This document shows, piece by piece, positions 10,501 through 16,672 of a DNA stretch of 60,097 bases (positions are counted from its first letter, which is position 1; each line of letters starts with the position of its first letter). The DNA comes from a virus. Location of the stretch: IMG/VR virus record IMGVR_UViG_3300025821_000001; one strand, 5' to 3'. A program made the translations under genes and the position numbers. The notes below the pieces were generated by a model. That model had not been told where the DNA came from, did no database searches, and saw only the letters and a program-made list of their open reading frames with translations.

Positions 10501-11827
10501 CAACAGATATGTCTTTACCTAATGAGACTAGTTTAGGTATATTTTTTTTGACTTGATCTTTAACCCCAGCCTTAAATATTGAGTTTCTCATAAGGTTGGC
10601 AGCCGTACCCAATCCGTAAAATTCTGATGCTGTTGCTAATCCTGCTGAAAGAAGTGCTGTGGTTTCGTCTTCTAGGTCTTCCGCAATAATATCTTCCTCT
10701 TTTTTACCTGTCTCTTTTGCCTTAGCTCTTACGGCTTCCATGTACATAGGTGCGCCTATTTCCCCAAACGTACCCATACCCATAGTAGCTGTGCTTGTGA
10801 CCATAGACCTTAAAAAGTCTACTGCCGTACCTACAGCCGCAGCCGAAGCCTTGTCAATCTCTCCTTTTTCTAGGCTTTCTAAAAACGGTAGTGTAGGTTT
10901 TAATTTTTCCTCTGTATCTTGTATTTCTTTATATGCCGCCTGTTGTTGTGTTACACTTTGACTTGCTCCTCTAACTAATTGTTTAGTTTTATCTGATATA
11001 TCTTGACCACTTAATATTCCATATAAAGCAATAGGTAAACTGACAGTAAAATCTTCTGATAACTGCTCCCCTAATAATATGGTCTTAGCGGGTATTAAGC
11101 TAGTCATAAGCGCAGAATTATACAACGCATTACCTATACTCTCTAATGGTGAAAGTTGGTCTATCTGTTCTTGATAAGCTAGGTCTATAGCTGCTTGCTT
11201 ATCCTTAACTACAATATTAAGTTCTTTAAACGCTTTATCGTTTACATTCTCATTTACTTTTTTTAACTCTTCGTTAAGTTTAAAGTTTGTTTGGAGTTTT
11301 TGGTTTACTTGTGTATTAACTTTTTCATAGTAACTATTCAGTCCCTCGTTAGCTTTATTAGCATCAATCTCTCCTCTATCTAAACTGTCTTGAAGTTCTT
11401 GCCTTTTTTGCTGTAGGAGTGGCTCGTAAGAGTCCATCATCTTTTGCCTTACATCTTGTATAGGTAATTCGTCAACAAGTTTCTTTCTCTCTATACTTGC
11501 GTCAAGAAGTATTTGCTCTTGACGCTTAATGTATGGGTCTTTTATATTAGATATAAGTTCTTCCCTAGAAGCTACCCCTACAGGTAACTCTTGCTCTACA
11601 AGTGGACTAGGAGTTCCACTCTCCTCTGAAGGCTGTGGTCGTTGTATACCTAATAAATTAGAATATGCTTCTTCATCACCGTCAAAATCTTTCTCTTTAA
11701 ATGTGTTAAAGGATAAATTAAAAAAATCATTATTGGATTGTAATAACTTAGTAAAATCTTCTTTACTACCCTTAAATCCTTTAGCAAGAGATAAGTTCCA
11801 TGCGTCTTGTAATGCGTCTTCTTCCAT
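4583..11827 (-). CDS. giant multidomain virion-associated protein (2414 aa), candidate internal/ejected polyvalent protein with two GNAT-like signatures
   Basis: Uninterrupted 7.2-kb ORF in the structural arm, so the CDS itself is near certain. It has coiled-coil-like N-terminal third, GNAT motif-A-like RGEGLA and KKKGVA segments each followed by a ...Y..(R)GF segment, and hydrophobic segments plus a Lys-rich tail at the C-terminus. Function is inferred. Confidence 0.55.
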   Translation of the reverse strand: MEEDALQDAWNLSLAKGFKGSKEDFTKLLQSNNDFFNLSFNTFKEKDFDGDEEAYSNLLGIQRPQPSEESGTPSPLVEQELPVGVASREELISNIKDPYIKRQEQILLDASIERKKLVDELPIQDVRQKMMDSYEPLLQQKRQELQDSLDRGEIDANKANEGLNSYYEKVNTQVNQKLQTNFKLNEELKKVNENVNDKAFKELNIVVKDKQAAIDLAYQEQIDQLSPLESIGNALYNSALMTSLIPAKTILLGEQLSEDFTVSLPIALYGILSGQDISDKTKQLVRGASQSVTQQQAAYKEIQDTEEKLKPTLPFLESLEKGEIDKASAAAVGTAVDFLRSMVTSTATMGMGTFGEIGAPMYMEAVRAKAKETGKKEEDIIAEDLEDETTALLSAGLATASEFYGLGTAANLMRNSIFKAGVKDQVKKNIPKLVSLGKDISVASLKESGTEIFQQSVEKANKAALENGGIKTDEGRKAFLKESFNATFTKDAAETGASTFAGSMLLFGMGKGAASLRKTKAVIDKPTQELTDEEIKEVLNSKGDLEQLTEKIKGMYQSGALTEEGYNISQDKINRVLKYDSELSPTNNNREESIRLLAEREKLEAEMGSLHPTQRGGEQAKIAVIDKKLTELATEGIATKETTTEETTAEQRLENRTKEQENLFGDQHKDKRLPYGAAEISDITTTDKNGVTTATYVNPETKSVDAIITATNEGNFVGYVRVYENGKPTNMFSAKMQTSESGVFKNIITSAENALPNNVEVVETTTISKGGLRTYNKSRLVEKVDEDGNVVTRPTKYSAATKESLEEKGESAFNEFSTPVKSEAETELAEVKKAYPGINATITKKGLTYKISIDLPVLVKPVEMQKTTEETTKEAEGVPNKDVSRLTDRLSGGEFNEVDAGFGEKGYNYTTPDGVEVTLREDNDVVDINGQEVQGDIQIDFIGVDKNRGEGLASKELKNILDAADESDMSVSLIVDSKGATETKQGLKKGELGLTDKQLKDWYKKRGFIFEGDSSYGYRPSKSEDVNKYKAKSYSAKSGEVTNENITDWSSPEDLKDAVRSGDIEKGFHENGADKLFYFDGNNIREVDNIDISYDFKNNKYKIQEQDAKEGKKENDSYFQELKEVKDSDTKQYWSVSEVPEGTDGTVVRVDGGAAFVKPDGDITGVFKDPDSKKKGVADNILKQAVKQGGKMLDNFDNYLTKVYQRNGFRIVSRTPFNEEFAPEGWNEAEHGKPDVVAMVYDPNNELDIEEKSFDDYDKAIEYRNSVLEKGSKQKIGKVKLSILASVGDEKAVRKGISDYINDLEKSGRITVNQSANWLKKLNNTDLASKKAVDEFLTDIEKGFKDAATKQKQSNVNSKVKRAGKMARGKSKVGQAAKALSKINAKKIEDENLLDEIEKIADDLLTKSPTTTVADINELLSKYNKEVAEQQKNTPQKSITEKIKDYKKKRAKAETFSQFINLEVERQQIIGEYLDSEQDIDPELVRELEEEIEIDIESNKITTAQLASQSRGNLTRAKNAIDKAVKDGVITEEKAEELNSKLKEQVDIFKKELDKFTVQESKKYKKSVLKLKGLTLDGVEADEVRLLLEAEKVDDAAWLSRFNDAAEAIIAGNIPFKEISDLREFAASKSKRVDKLVDAIEEIDPKGLSVKAWIDRLGTKEAAQRVRNILNSQRDEIYKMVYQPMSNAFTRAKKMSDTMLKDFLKASSPSIFRRDERGFNRVGIIAQYLREASLLGSGTKADGVEVGNRDIFGIWLGNEAAMDAAGLSESEKEYHKKGQAKSMWDNRERKNIEEFYESLPKTEEGYVDVQVLSENYESLLNPRERKMLKTAEEVFEKGRDRQEAANLRRGIEFNPQVYYVPTQRKGRIGDVDATTKKFDKFSPQAKQGKEKVTESLRPTFGVYPVNIAEMVINYAEDTSLDYVFSEVQPVTNAILNKTISRTKAGVIANAIKGDYNASLDYEKSIGNTPRMLTKLLGARYAKSLFDPIRSAIEIVAAFTSIPIKVRSARGIADTFNKESWDTLRELEDLTGADIADFKSGDIERRGVKEAVGRENIFIKVGRYTMSIPEYLTAITGFMPVFRREFQSITGESFDRKKFLNNKAYKEQNLQAIKDATAKAQELVERIYGSKTKGGTRRSVEIAPSKFLGIGLSEDGTPITFKADSPQGRLVSFFGNFGYREQGEFFQSLKFIAGDLRNKKGNNAAELANAGGVLMNAITYSYMMGVYYLASQIMFGDDDEAEEAEKRMEEMFTLKGLGDLITNQLTFLAVSKYGKVSRGAAIAVISALYNMAEDKEDKKILADLLKNNFFVNKPINLSSKYDVSVFTGKELLPAVDNLIALGATVNKSREQMVKEDDIDAVVAADLSIAIMNLSLAVGAGTQLPMSNIINKMLKKAKSKRKNNKKKPLTKKYNIN
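11580..11636. repeat. segment of the giant gene made of two blocks identical to the 817-aa gene
   Basis: 11580-11601 equals 13789-13810 (22 nt) and 11603-11636 equals 14034-14067 (34 nt). Encodes PSEESGTPSP..VEQELPVG. Confidence 0.85.
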
Positions 11828-11834
11828 CTTTTAT

Positions 11835-14288
11835 TTATTTTTTAAACCCAATACCACTACCTGACTCTAATTTAACATTATAATCAACCCACTGCCTTCT
11901 ATCTAACACACCATTTGAGTTTTCAGCAGGTTTAGCAGAGTAACTCCCAGCGTCATAGAATGCTAATGTAATATCCTTCAAAGGTACATCATAGTCTTTT
12001 GATAGTCTCTCTGCTTCCGCTTTTATATTATTCGCAGAGCCACTGAAATCATCTGCAATTAATTTGCCGTCTTTCTCAAATAAAAAAACTGTTGCTGAAC
12101 CTGAGAATCTACTATATAATTCCTGCCCCTTTACGAATTTACCATCTGCTGTTTCTCCATCAAGTACAGGTAGATTTGGTATGGGCTTTCCCTCTTTAGT
12201 AGACAGTACCTGTATATCTTTGCCATATTGTTTGTCTGTTGTTCTTTTTACCCAATCTATCTCTCCATATTTATACTGGTCTAAGTTTTGAGTTACATAG
12301 TCGTTCTCGGTAACATCTCCTTTCTTTTTGTAAGAGATTCTCAAATCCCCACTCTCAGTCTTATTGAAGACGGGTACATATTGGTCATTTTTCAGTTTCT
12401 TGAAATTTGATGTGTTATAGCCTAACTCTGTTGAGTAGCCTCCTTTTTTAAACCACTCAGATTCTTTTTTTAAGTCCTCATTTGTTGCATCATAAACATC
12501 CTTAAATTCCTTAGGTCTGCCATCCCGTATAAAGAAATGGGCTACCCCCGATACCCCTTCTAACTTCTCAGGTGCTTCTGTATTACCATTGGAGGGAATT
12601 GGTGCGTAAGTAAATCCATTCGCTGCATCAAACACATTTCTAAATACATTTAGGTTATACTCTATGTCTGAGTCCTTCTTATTACCCTTCAAATCTACAT
12701 TCAGCACACTCCTCCAAAAATTATCTGGTACTGGAGCATATATTTGAGTATATGTGGGTATAGTGTCTTGTACAGTTTCGTTATTAGTTTGTGAAATATC
12801 TACGGGTTGTGTTGATATTTCTACATCGTTAAATTCTGTTATACTGCTTTCGGCTACTACTTGATCTTTAAAACCATACTGTATTAGAACCCTGTTAACG
12901 TATGACGGAATATTACTAATAAAATTACCATAATATTTTTTCTCTTGTTTTGCTTTTGCCTTTAGCTGTTCTCCTTCATCTAAGATCATGTCTCCTATTT
13001 CCTCAAATGCGGCACTTCCCCTTAATCTAAATTTATCGCTCTCAGCAATAGTGCTGTTTAATAAACCATCAATATAAGATAGCGATTCAGTAAACATAGA
13101 GTAATCCTCTTCATTATCAATATTCTTTGCTACTTCCGATATTTTTTTAATCTTTTCTTCTTTGATAATCGGTTTAGTAGTAGTGGTATTAGCGGGAGTG
13201 AATACGTCTCTCACGTTTTGGGTTATTCCATCCTTCATTGAAGGTATCTCTTCCATCTTAGGGAAGTTTATCTCAGATGTCCTAGGTTTATATTCCTTGT
13301 TCGAAGGTATCTCTTCCATCTTAGAAAAGTTTGTCTTAGATGTCCTAGGTTTATATTCCTTCTTCCAACTTCCCCTAGCAAACTTATCTGCCTCTTCTTG
13401 ACTATCAAACTCCCAAACTTCTTTTCTCTTCTTAGCTTCATCAAAAGCCTCTCCACCTTCTAATCTAATCCAATCTTTAGGGTCGCTTGTTTGTTTGTTT
13501 GGGTCTTTAGGAAACAGTGTGGGATAGGCATACTCTTTCCCATCGTACCCACCACTCTCCATTAAAACAGTAGATGGACTCTCTTGCCCCTCTAGTTTAA
13601 CAGAGTTTTTTCTTATATCATAGGGACTAGGAGTTCCCACCGTAGTTTTATTACCCTCAACTATTCCTGCCTTAGAGCCTATAGCCGCCCCCCTAACAGA
13701 ACCGAGAAGTGATGGGTTAGGAGTTCCAACCTTAGTTTTATCTACTTTATTTTTATATGGAAGAACCTTATTTTTATTAATAATACCGACAGGTAACTCT
13801 TGCTCTACAATTGGACTAAGGGTTGTATTACCGTCAACTATTCCTGCATTATAGCCTATAGTTGCACCCTTAATACCACCGATGGGGGTACTGGGCTTAT
13901 ATTGTTTATTATACTTACTAATATCAATAGTACTTACATCTATCGTTGTGTCAATTGGATTTTCAACTTCAAAATCTGCGAAACTAATAGTCTTAGGTGC
14001 AGCTATGCCAAAAGGTATCTCTTTCTTTACAAATGGACTAGGAGTTCCACTCTCCTCTGAAGGCTGTAATGGTTGTGATGGACTAGGAGTTCCAACCTTT
14101 GACTGCTCCCTTGTAGCCCCCTCTGATTGCTCTGAGGAGGCGTTTGAAAAACCCATAGAAGCCCCTCCCGTGCTTGGTGGTGGGGGAGGTGGTGGTGGAA
14201 TACTCCCGTTAAACTTAGTTGTAGTACTTGGTGGGGGAGGTGGTGGAGGTGGTATACTCCCTTGAACTTTATCTTTTTCTCCTACCAT
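11835..14288 (-). CDS. repeat-rich virion protein with twin polyproline tracts (817 aa)
   Basis: N-terminus is GSIPPPPPPPPST repeated twice. It also has GTPSP modules, a 21-aa tandem repeat and a globular C-terminal half. Start overlaps the stop of the upstream gene at 14288. Confidence 0.6.
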   Translation of the reverse strand: MVGEKDKVQGSIPPPPPPPPSTTTKFNGSIPPPPPPPPSTGGASMGFSNASSEQSEGATREQSKVGTPSPSQPLQPSEESGTPSPFVKKEIPFGIAAPKTISFADFEVENPIDTTIDVSTIDISKYNKQYKPSTPIGGIKGATIGYNAGIVDGNTTLSPIVEQELPVGIINKNKVLPYKNKVDKTKVGTPNPSLLGSVRGAAIGSKAGIVEGNKTTVGTPSPYDIRKNSVKLEGQESPSTVLMESGGYDGKEYAYPTLFPKDPNKQTSDPKDWIRLEGGEAFDEAKKRKEVWEFDSQEEADKFARGSWKKEYKPRTSKTNFSKMEEIPSNKEYKPRTSEINFPKMEEIPSMKDGITQNVRDVFTPANTTTTKPIIKEEKIKKISEVAKNIDNEEDYSMFTESLSYIDGLLNSTIAESDKFRLRGSAAFEEIGDMILDEGEQLKAKAKQEKKYYGNFISNIPSYVNRVLIQYGFKDQVVAESSITEFNDVEISTQPVDISQTNNETVQDTIPTYTQIYAPVPDNFWRSVLNVDLKGNKKDSDIEYNLNVFRNVFDAANGFTYAPIPSNGNTEAPEKLEGVSGVAHFFIRDGRPKEFKDVYDATNEDLKKESEWFKKGGYSTELGYNTSNFKKLKNDQYVPVFNKTESGDLRISYKKKGDVTENDYVTQNLDQYKYGEIDWVKRTTDKQYGKDIQVLSTKEGKPIPNLPVLDGETADGKFVKGQELYSRFSGSATVFLFEKDGKLIADDFSGSANNIKAEAERLSKDYDVPLKDITLAFYDAGSYSAKPAENSNGVLDRRQWVDYNVKLESGSGIGFKK
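13240..13365. repeat. 2 x 63-bp in-frame tandem repeat inside the 817-aa gene
   Basis: Copies 13240-13302 and 13303-13365 differ at 5 positions and encode EYKPRTS(K/E)(T/I)NF(S/P)KMEEIPS(N/M)K twice. Confidence 0.9.
14169..14258. repeat. duplicated segment encoding GSIPPPPPPPPST twice
   Basis: Plus strand ggtgggggaggtggtgg(t/a)gg(a/t)atactccc occurs twice; residues 11-40 of the 817-aa protein. Confidence 0.9.
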
Positions 14289-15835
14289 TATTGTGTCTTT
14301 AAAGATTTAATATACTCCTCAGTATAGTTAGCATCTATAAGCTGTTGTTTTGTATATGCATACCCATTACTTGCAATATACTTTTTTTCTGGTAATAAGT
14401 CTACACCGTACATAGCTTCTATCTTACCAATTAACCTATCATTAAGCTCTATGACTTTAGGCCCTATTACCTTCTCGGAAATTGTTTCCCCATCTGTGCC
14501 GTCCTTAGTCCTTGATGATACTGTCTTCTCTTCGTTGATTATTAAGAATCCTTTTCCTTCGGGGTTAATATACACCTCTTGTAGAGTTCCTTTTGAACTT
14601 CCTATTGTTATAGGCTTTAACTCTTCACCTTTCTTAGTAATTTGTATAGATGTCAAGTTGGCGTCTTTTTCTATCGCGGCTTGTAAACCAACCACAAACC
14701 TATCTTTAAGTCTTGCTGTTTCGGCTTTTTGGTCTTCATCCGAATCCAAATTACTACCTAAGTCACTAAACATTTGGTCATACTCATCAGCTTTCAGTGC
14801 AGCTAATCTCTCAGCATCTCCTTTACCTAATACTGTTTTAGTTACGTTAAACTCTTTATCTTTACCGTCACCATCTGTCGGGGCTTTAAATGTTTTAGTT
14901 TCTAACTTACTTGGGCGGTATCTCTCTCCTGTTTGTTTTACAAAAGCATTATAGTCGTTTCTATAAATATCTTTAGCATTATCATCACTTAACATTGAGG
15001 GTGCATTACCTTCTTCTATTGCTCTAGTAGTCATGTACGATGCAAGAAAGTCAGGTCTGTTTTGTACAGCCTCTAGTGCGCTGTTGTAATCATCCTCTGT
15101 AATACCTGTTAAGGTCTCTTGTACTATTAGTTCTCCTGTCCTATCGTTGTAAACACGGTTTAGTTTTTCCTTGCCTTGTAGTCTTAATGAAGCGTCTATC
15201 TCATCTAATAGTGCTTTGTTCATATCCCCCTCAGTAAACTTTGGGTTATACATAATGTTTTCATTTACTTTAGGTGACATCTTTTGCATTGTGTCTGCTG
15301 CCCAAAGTTGAATATCCTCTACATCATCTGTTGATGAATCCCCTAAAAACTCGTATTGGTATGTGGGGTTTTCATACTTCATATTTTCTTCATCCCAATA
15401 TAAAGCATCTTTATATTCCCCCGATTGGGACTGTGCGTTCTTAAAACCCTCTTTACCTTGTTTATTTATAACGTCAATGTACCCAAGACTCTTCATTAAC
15501 TCTTTCTCTGACTGAGCTAAGTCTATTCCGTTTACAGAGTCTTCCATAAACTTATCAATAGCTTGTTGCTTTAATGCCTCTGTCTTTGGGAAGTCTGTGT
15601 CTTGCTCATACGCAGCTTTAGCGATGTCCATCATCTGCTTCTTCCTAGCTGCTGCTGCTGCATCCTTCTTAGCATTACCATCAGCAATCCCCTGCCCTAT
15701 AGCTTGTGCGCCTCTTTGAATTGCAGTAGTGTCTAATCTTCCCGCTTGAGGTGTGAAAACTTGTGCGCTGCCTTGTCCCATACCTGTTGTGGTAGGTACG
15801 CTTGAGTATGCTCCGAAACTGCCTTGCTTTGCCAT
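14288..15835 (-). CDS. hypothetical virion-module protein (515 aa)
   Basis: ORF track; tightly packed in the structural operon; no motif recognised. Confidence 0.65.
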   Translation of the reverse strand: MAKQGSFGAYSSVPTTTGMGQGSAQVFTPQAGRLDTTAIQRGAQAIGQGIADGNAKKDAAAAARKKQMMDIAKAAYEQDTDFPKTEALKQQAIDKFMEDSVNGIDLAQSEKELMKSLGYIDVINKQGKEGFKNAQSQSGEYKDALYWDEENMKYENPTYQYEFLGDSSTDDVEDIQLWAADTMQKMSPKVNENIMYNPKFTEGDMNKALLDEIDASLRLQGKEKLNRVYNDRTGELIVQETLTGITEDDYNSALEAVQNRPDFLASYMTTRAIEEGNAPSMLSDDNAKDIYRNDYNAFVKQTGERYRPSKLETKTFKAPTDGDGKDKEFNVTKTVLGKGDAERLAALKADEYDQMFSDLGSNLDSDEDQKAETARLKDRFVVGLQAAIEKDANLTSIQITKKGEELKPITIGSSKGTLQEVYINPEGKGFLIINEEKTVSSRTKDGTDGETISEKVIGPKVIELNDRLIGKIEAMYGVDLLPEKKYIASNGYAYTKQQLIDANYTEEYIKSLKTQ

Positions 15836-15845
15836 GTATTTTATT

Positions 15846-16637
15846 TTATGCTATACCCCCTGATGCTACTGTTCCACTCATCTGTAAAAGTGAACCTGTC
15901 ATATCCATCATCATTTGCTGTTGGGCTAGTTGCTGTTGGTAGTCAAAGTTAAGTGCGTTATATTGGTTCTGTTGTGATGACCCCATTAATGCTTGCATCT
16001 CTGCTGTCTTCTCTGCGTATGGTTGAAGGACGTTATAACCCTCTGCTTGACCCTCTAATGCCCCTAAATTACCTAGCTGTGCCATATACTGCTGTTGGTT
16101 AGCTTGTGCAGCCATAGCGTCTTGTGCGTTTAGTTGTCTGTATGATTGTGCGGTGGAGGTTTGTGTTTGTCCTAAGTTTCTTAGCCCTGCTCCTAGACTA
16201 CTTGCTGCGGATAGCTGTGCTGCTTGATTACCTGCAATATTATCCGCAGCCATTTGTCTTTGAGCTTCGGGCATACCCTCTCTAGCATATCCCTCTGCCA
16301 TTTGAGTAATCTGTCTTTGGCGGTTGACCGCTGCTTGCATATCAGGGCGACCTTGAGCCTCTAATTCAGCCTTTAGTTTTTGGGCTTGTATATCTTGTTG
16401 TGACGCTGTTAGGCTTTGGTTGTTTAATAATGCATCTGCCGAATCTCCTGTCTTCCCTCCCCCAAATACTTTATCTTGTACGTCTGTTGAAACACTCTCG
16501 CCTGTTATATTCTCCCCTAGTGACTTTCCCGTAGTACCGTATGAAATAGCCTGTAAAGGTACACCCACTGGTGACATGACGTAACTTGCGGCATCTACTG
16601 TTGTTCCTAATATCTTATTCCAATTCCAATTCTTCAT
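15846..16637 (-). CDS. Gln/Ala-rich low-complexity virion-module protein (263 aa)
   Basis: ORF track; Q/A-rich (QQQLAQQQMMMDM); TAAATTTG box 10 nt upstream. Confidence 0.6.
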   Translation of the reverse strand: MKNWNWNKILGTTVDAASYVMSPVGVPLQAISYGTTGKSLGENITGESVSTDVQDKVFGGGKTGDSADALLNNQSLTASQQDIQAQKLKAELEAQGRPDMQAAVNRQRQITQMAEGYAREGMPEAQRQMAADNIAGNQAAQLSAASSLGAGLRNLGQTQTSTAQSYRQLNAQDAMAAQANQQQYMAQLGNLGALEGQAEGYNVLQPYAEKTAEMQALMGSSQQNQYNALNFDYQQQLAQQQMMMDMTGSLLQMSGTVASGGIA

Positions 16638-16647
16638 CTTATTACTG

Positions 16648-16655
16648 CAAATTTA
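16648..16655 (-). promoter_or_regulatory. promoter -7 box TAAATTTG
   Basis: Minus-strand match to TAnnTTTG 10 nt upstream of ATG 16637. Confidence 0.35.
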
Positions 16656-16672
16656 CGAATTATTTATGTCTT

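Noticed and set aside
11675-11689. The pentapeptide DFDGD (residues 47-51 of the giant protein) is identical to the core of the universal NADFDGD metal-binding motif of multisubunit RNA polymerase beta-prime. It is tempting to link this to crAss-like virion RNAPs.
   Set aside because: It lies only 46 residues from the N-terminus, too close for a preceding double-psi beta-barrel. The flanks (KEKDFDGDEEAY) do not resemble the RNAP context. I saw no second barrel motif and no T7-like RNAP motifs (no HD(S) motif C, no R...K...YG). It is most likely a chance match, though a profile search of the whole protein would settle it.
4583-11827. The 2414-aa protein could be read as a tape-measure protein.
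   Set aside because: This is not excluded. However, at about 0.15 nm per residue it would imply an extremely long tail, no tail tube, sheath or chaperone-frameshift genes are recognisable, and the central region looks enzymatic (GNAT-like) rather than uniformly helical. I therefore favour an internal or ejected protein.
4962-11864. Many plus-strand ORFs in the track (60-174 aa) lie inside the giant gene, with similar antisense ORFs inside other large genes (for example 438-962, 13800-14265, 14451-14954, 18234-18797, 29235-29601).
   Set aside because: They are antisense to long, well-supported ORFs. They are rich in Ser, Leu and Phe, as expected from reading A/G-rich coding sequence backwards, and they lack start contexts or promoters.
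13162-13456. Two track ORFs overlap the 63-bp tandem repeat region: plus strand 13162-13401 and minus strand 13268-13456.
   Set aside because: Both lie within the 817-aa gene in other frames or on the other strand. The internal repetition inflates their apparent length.
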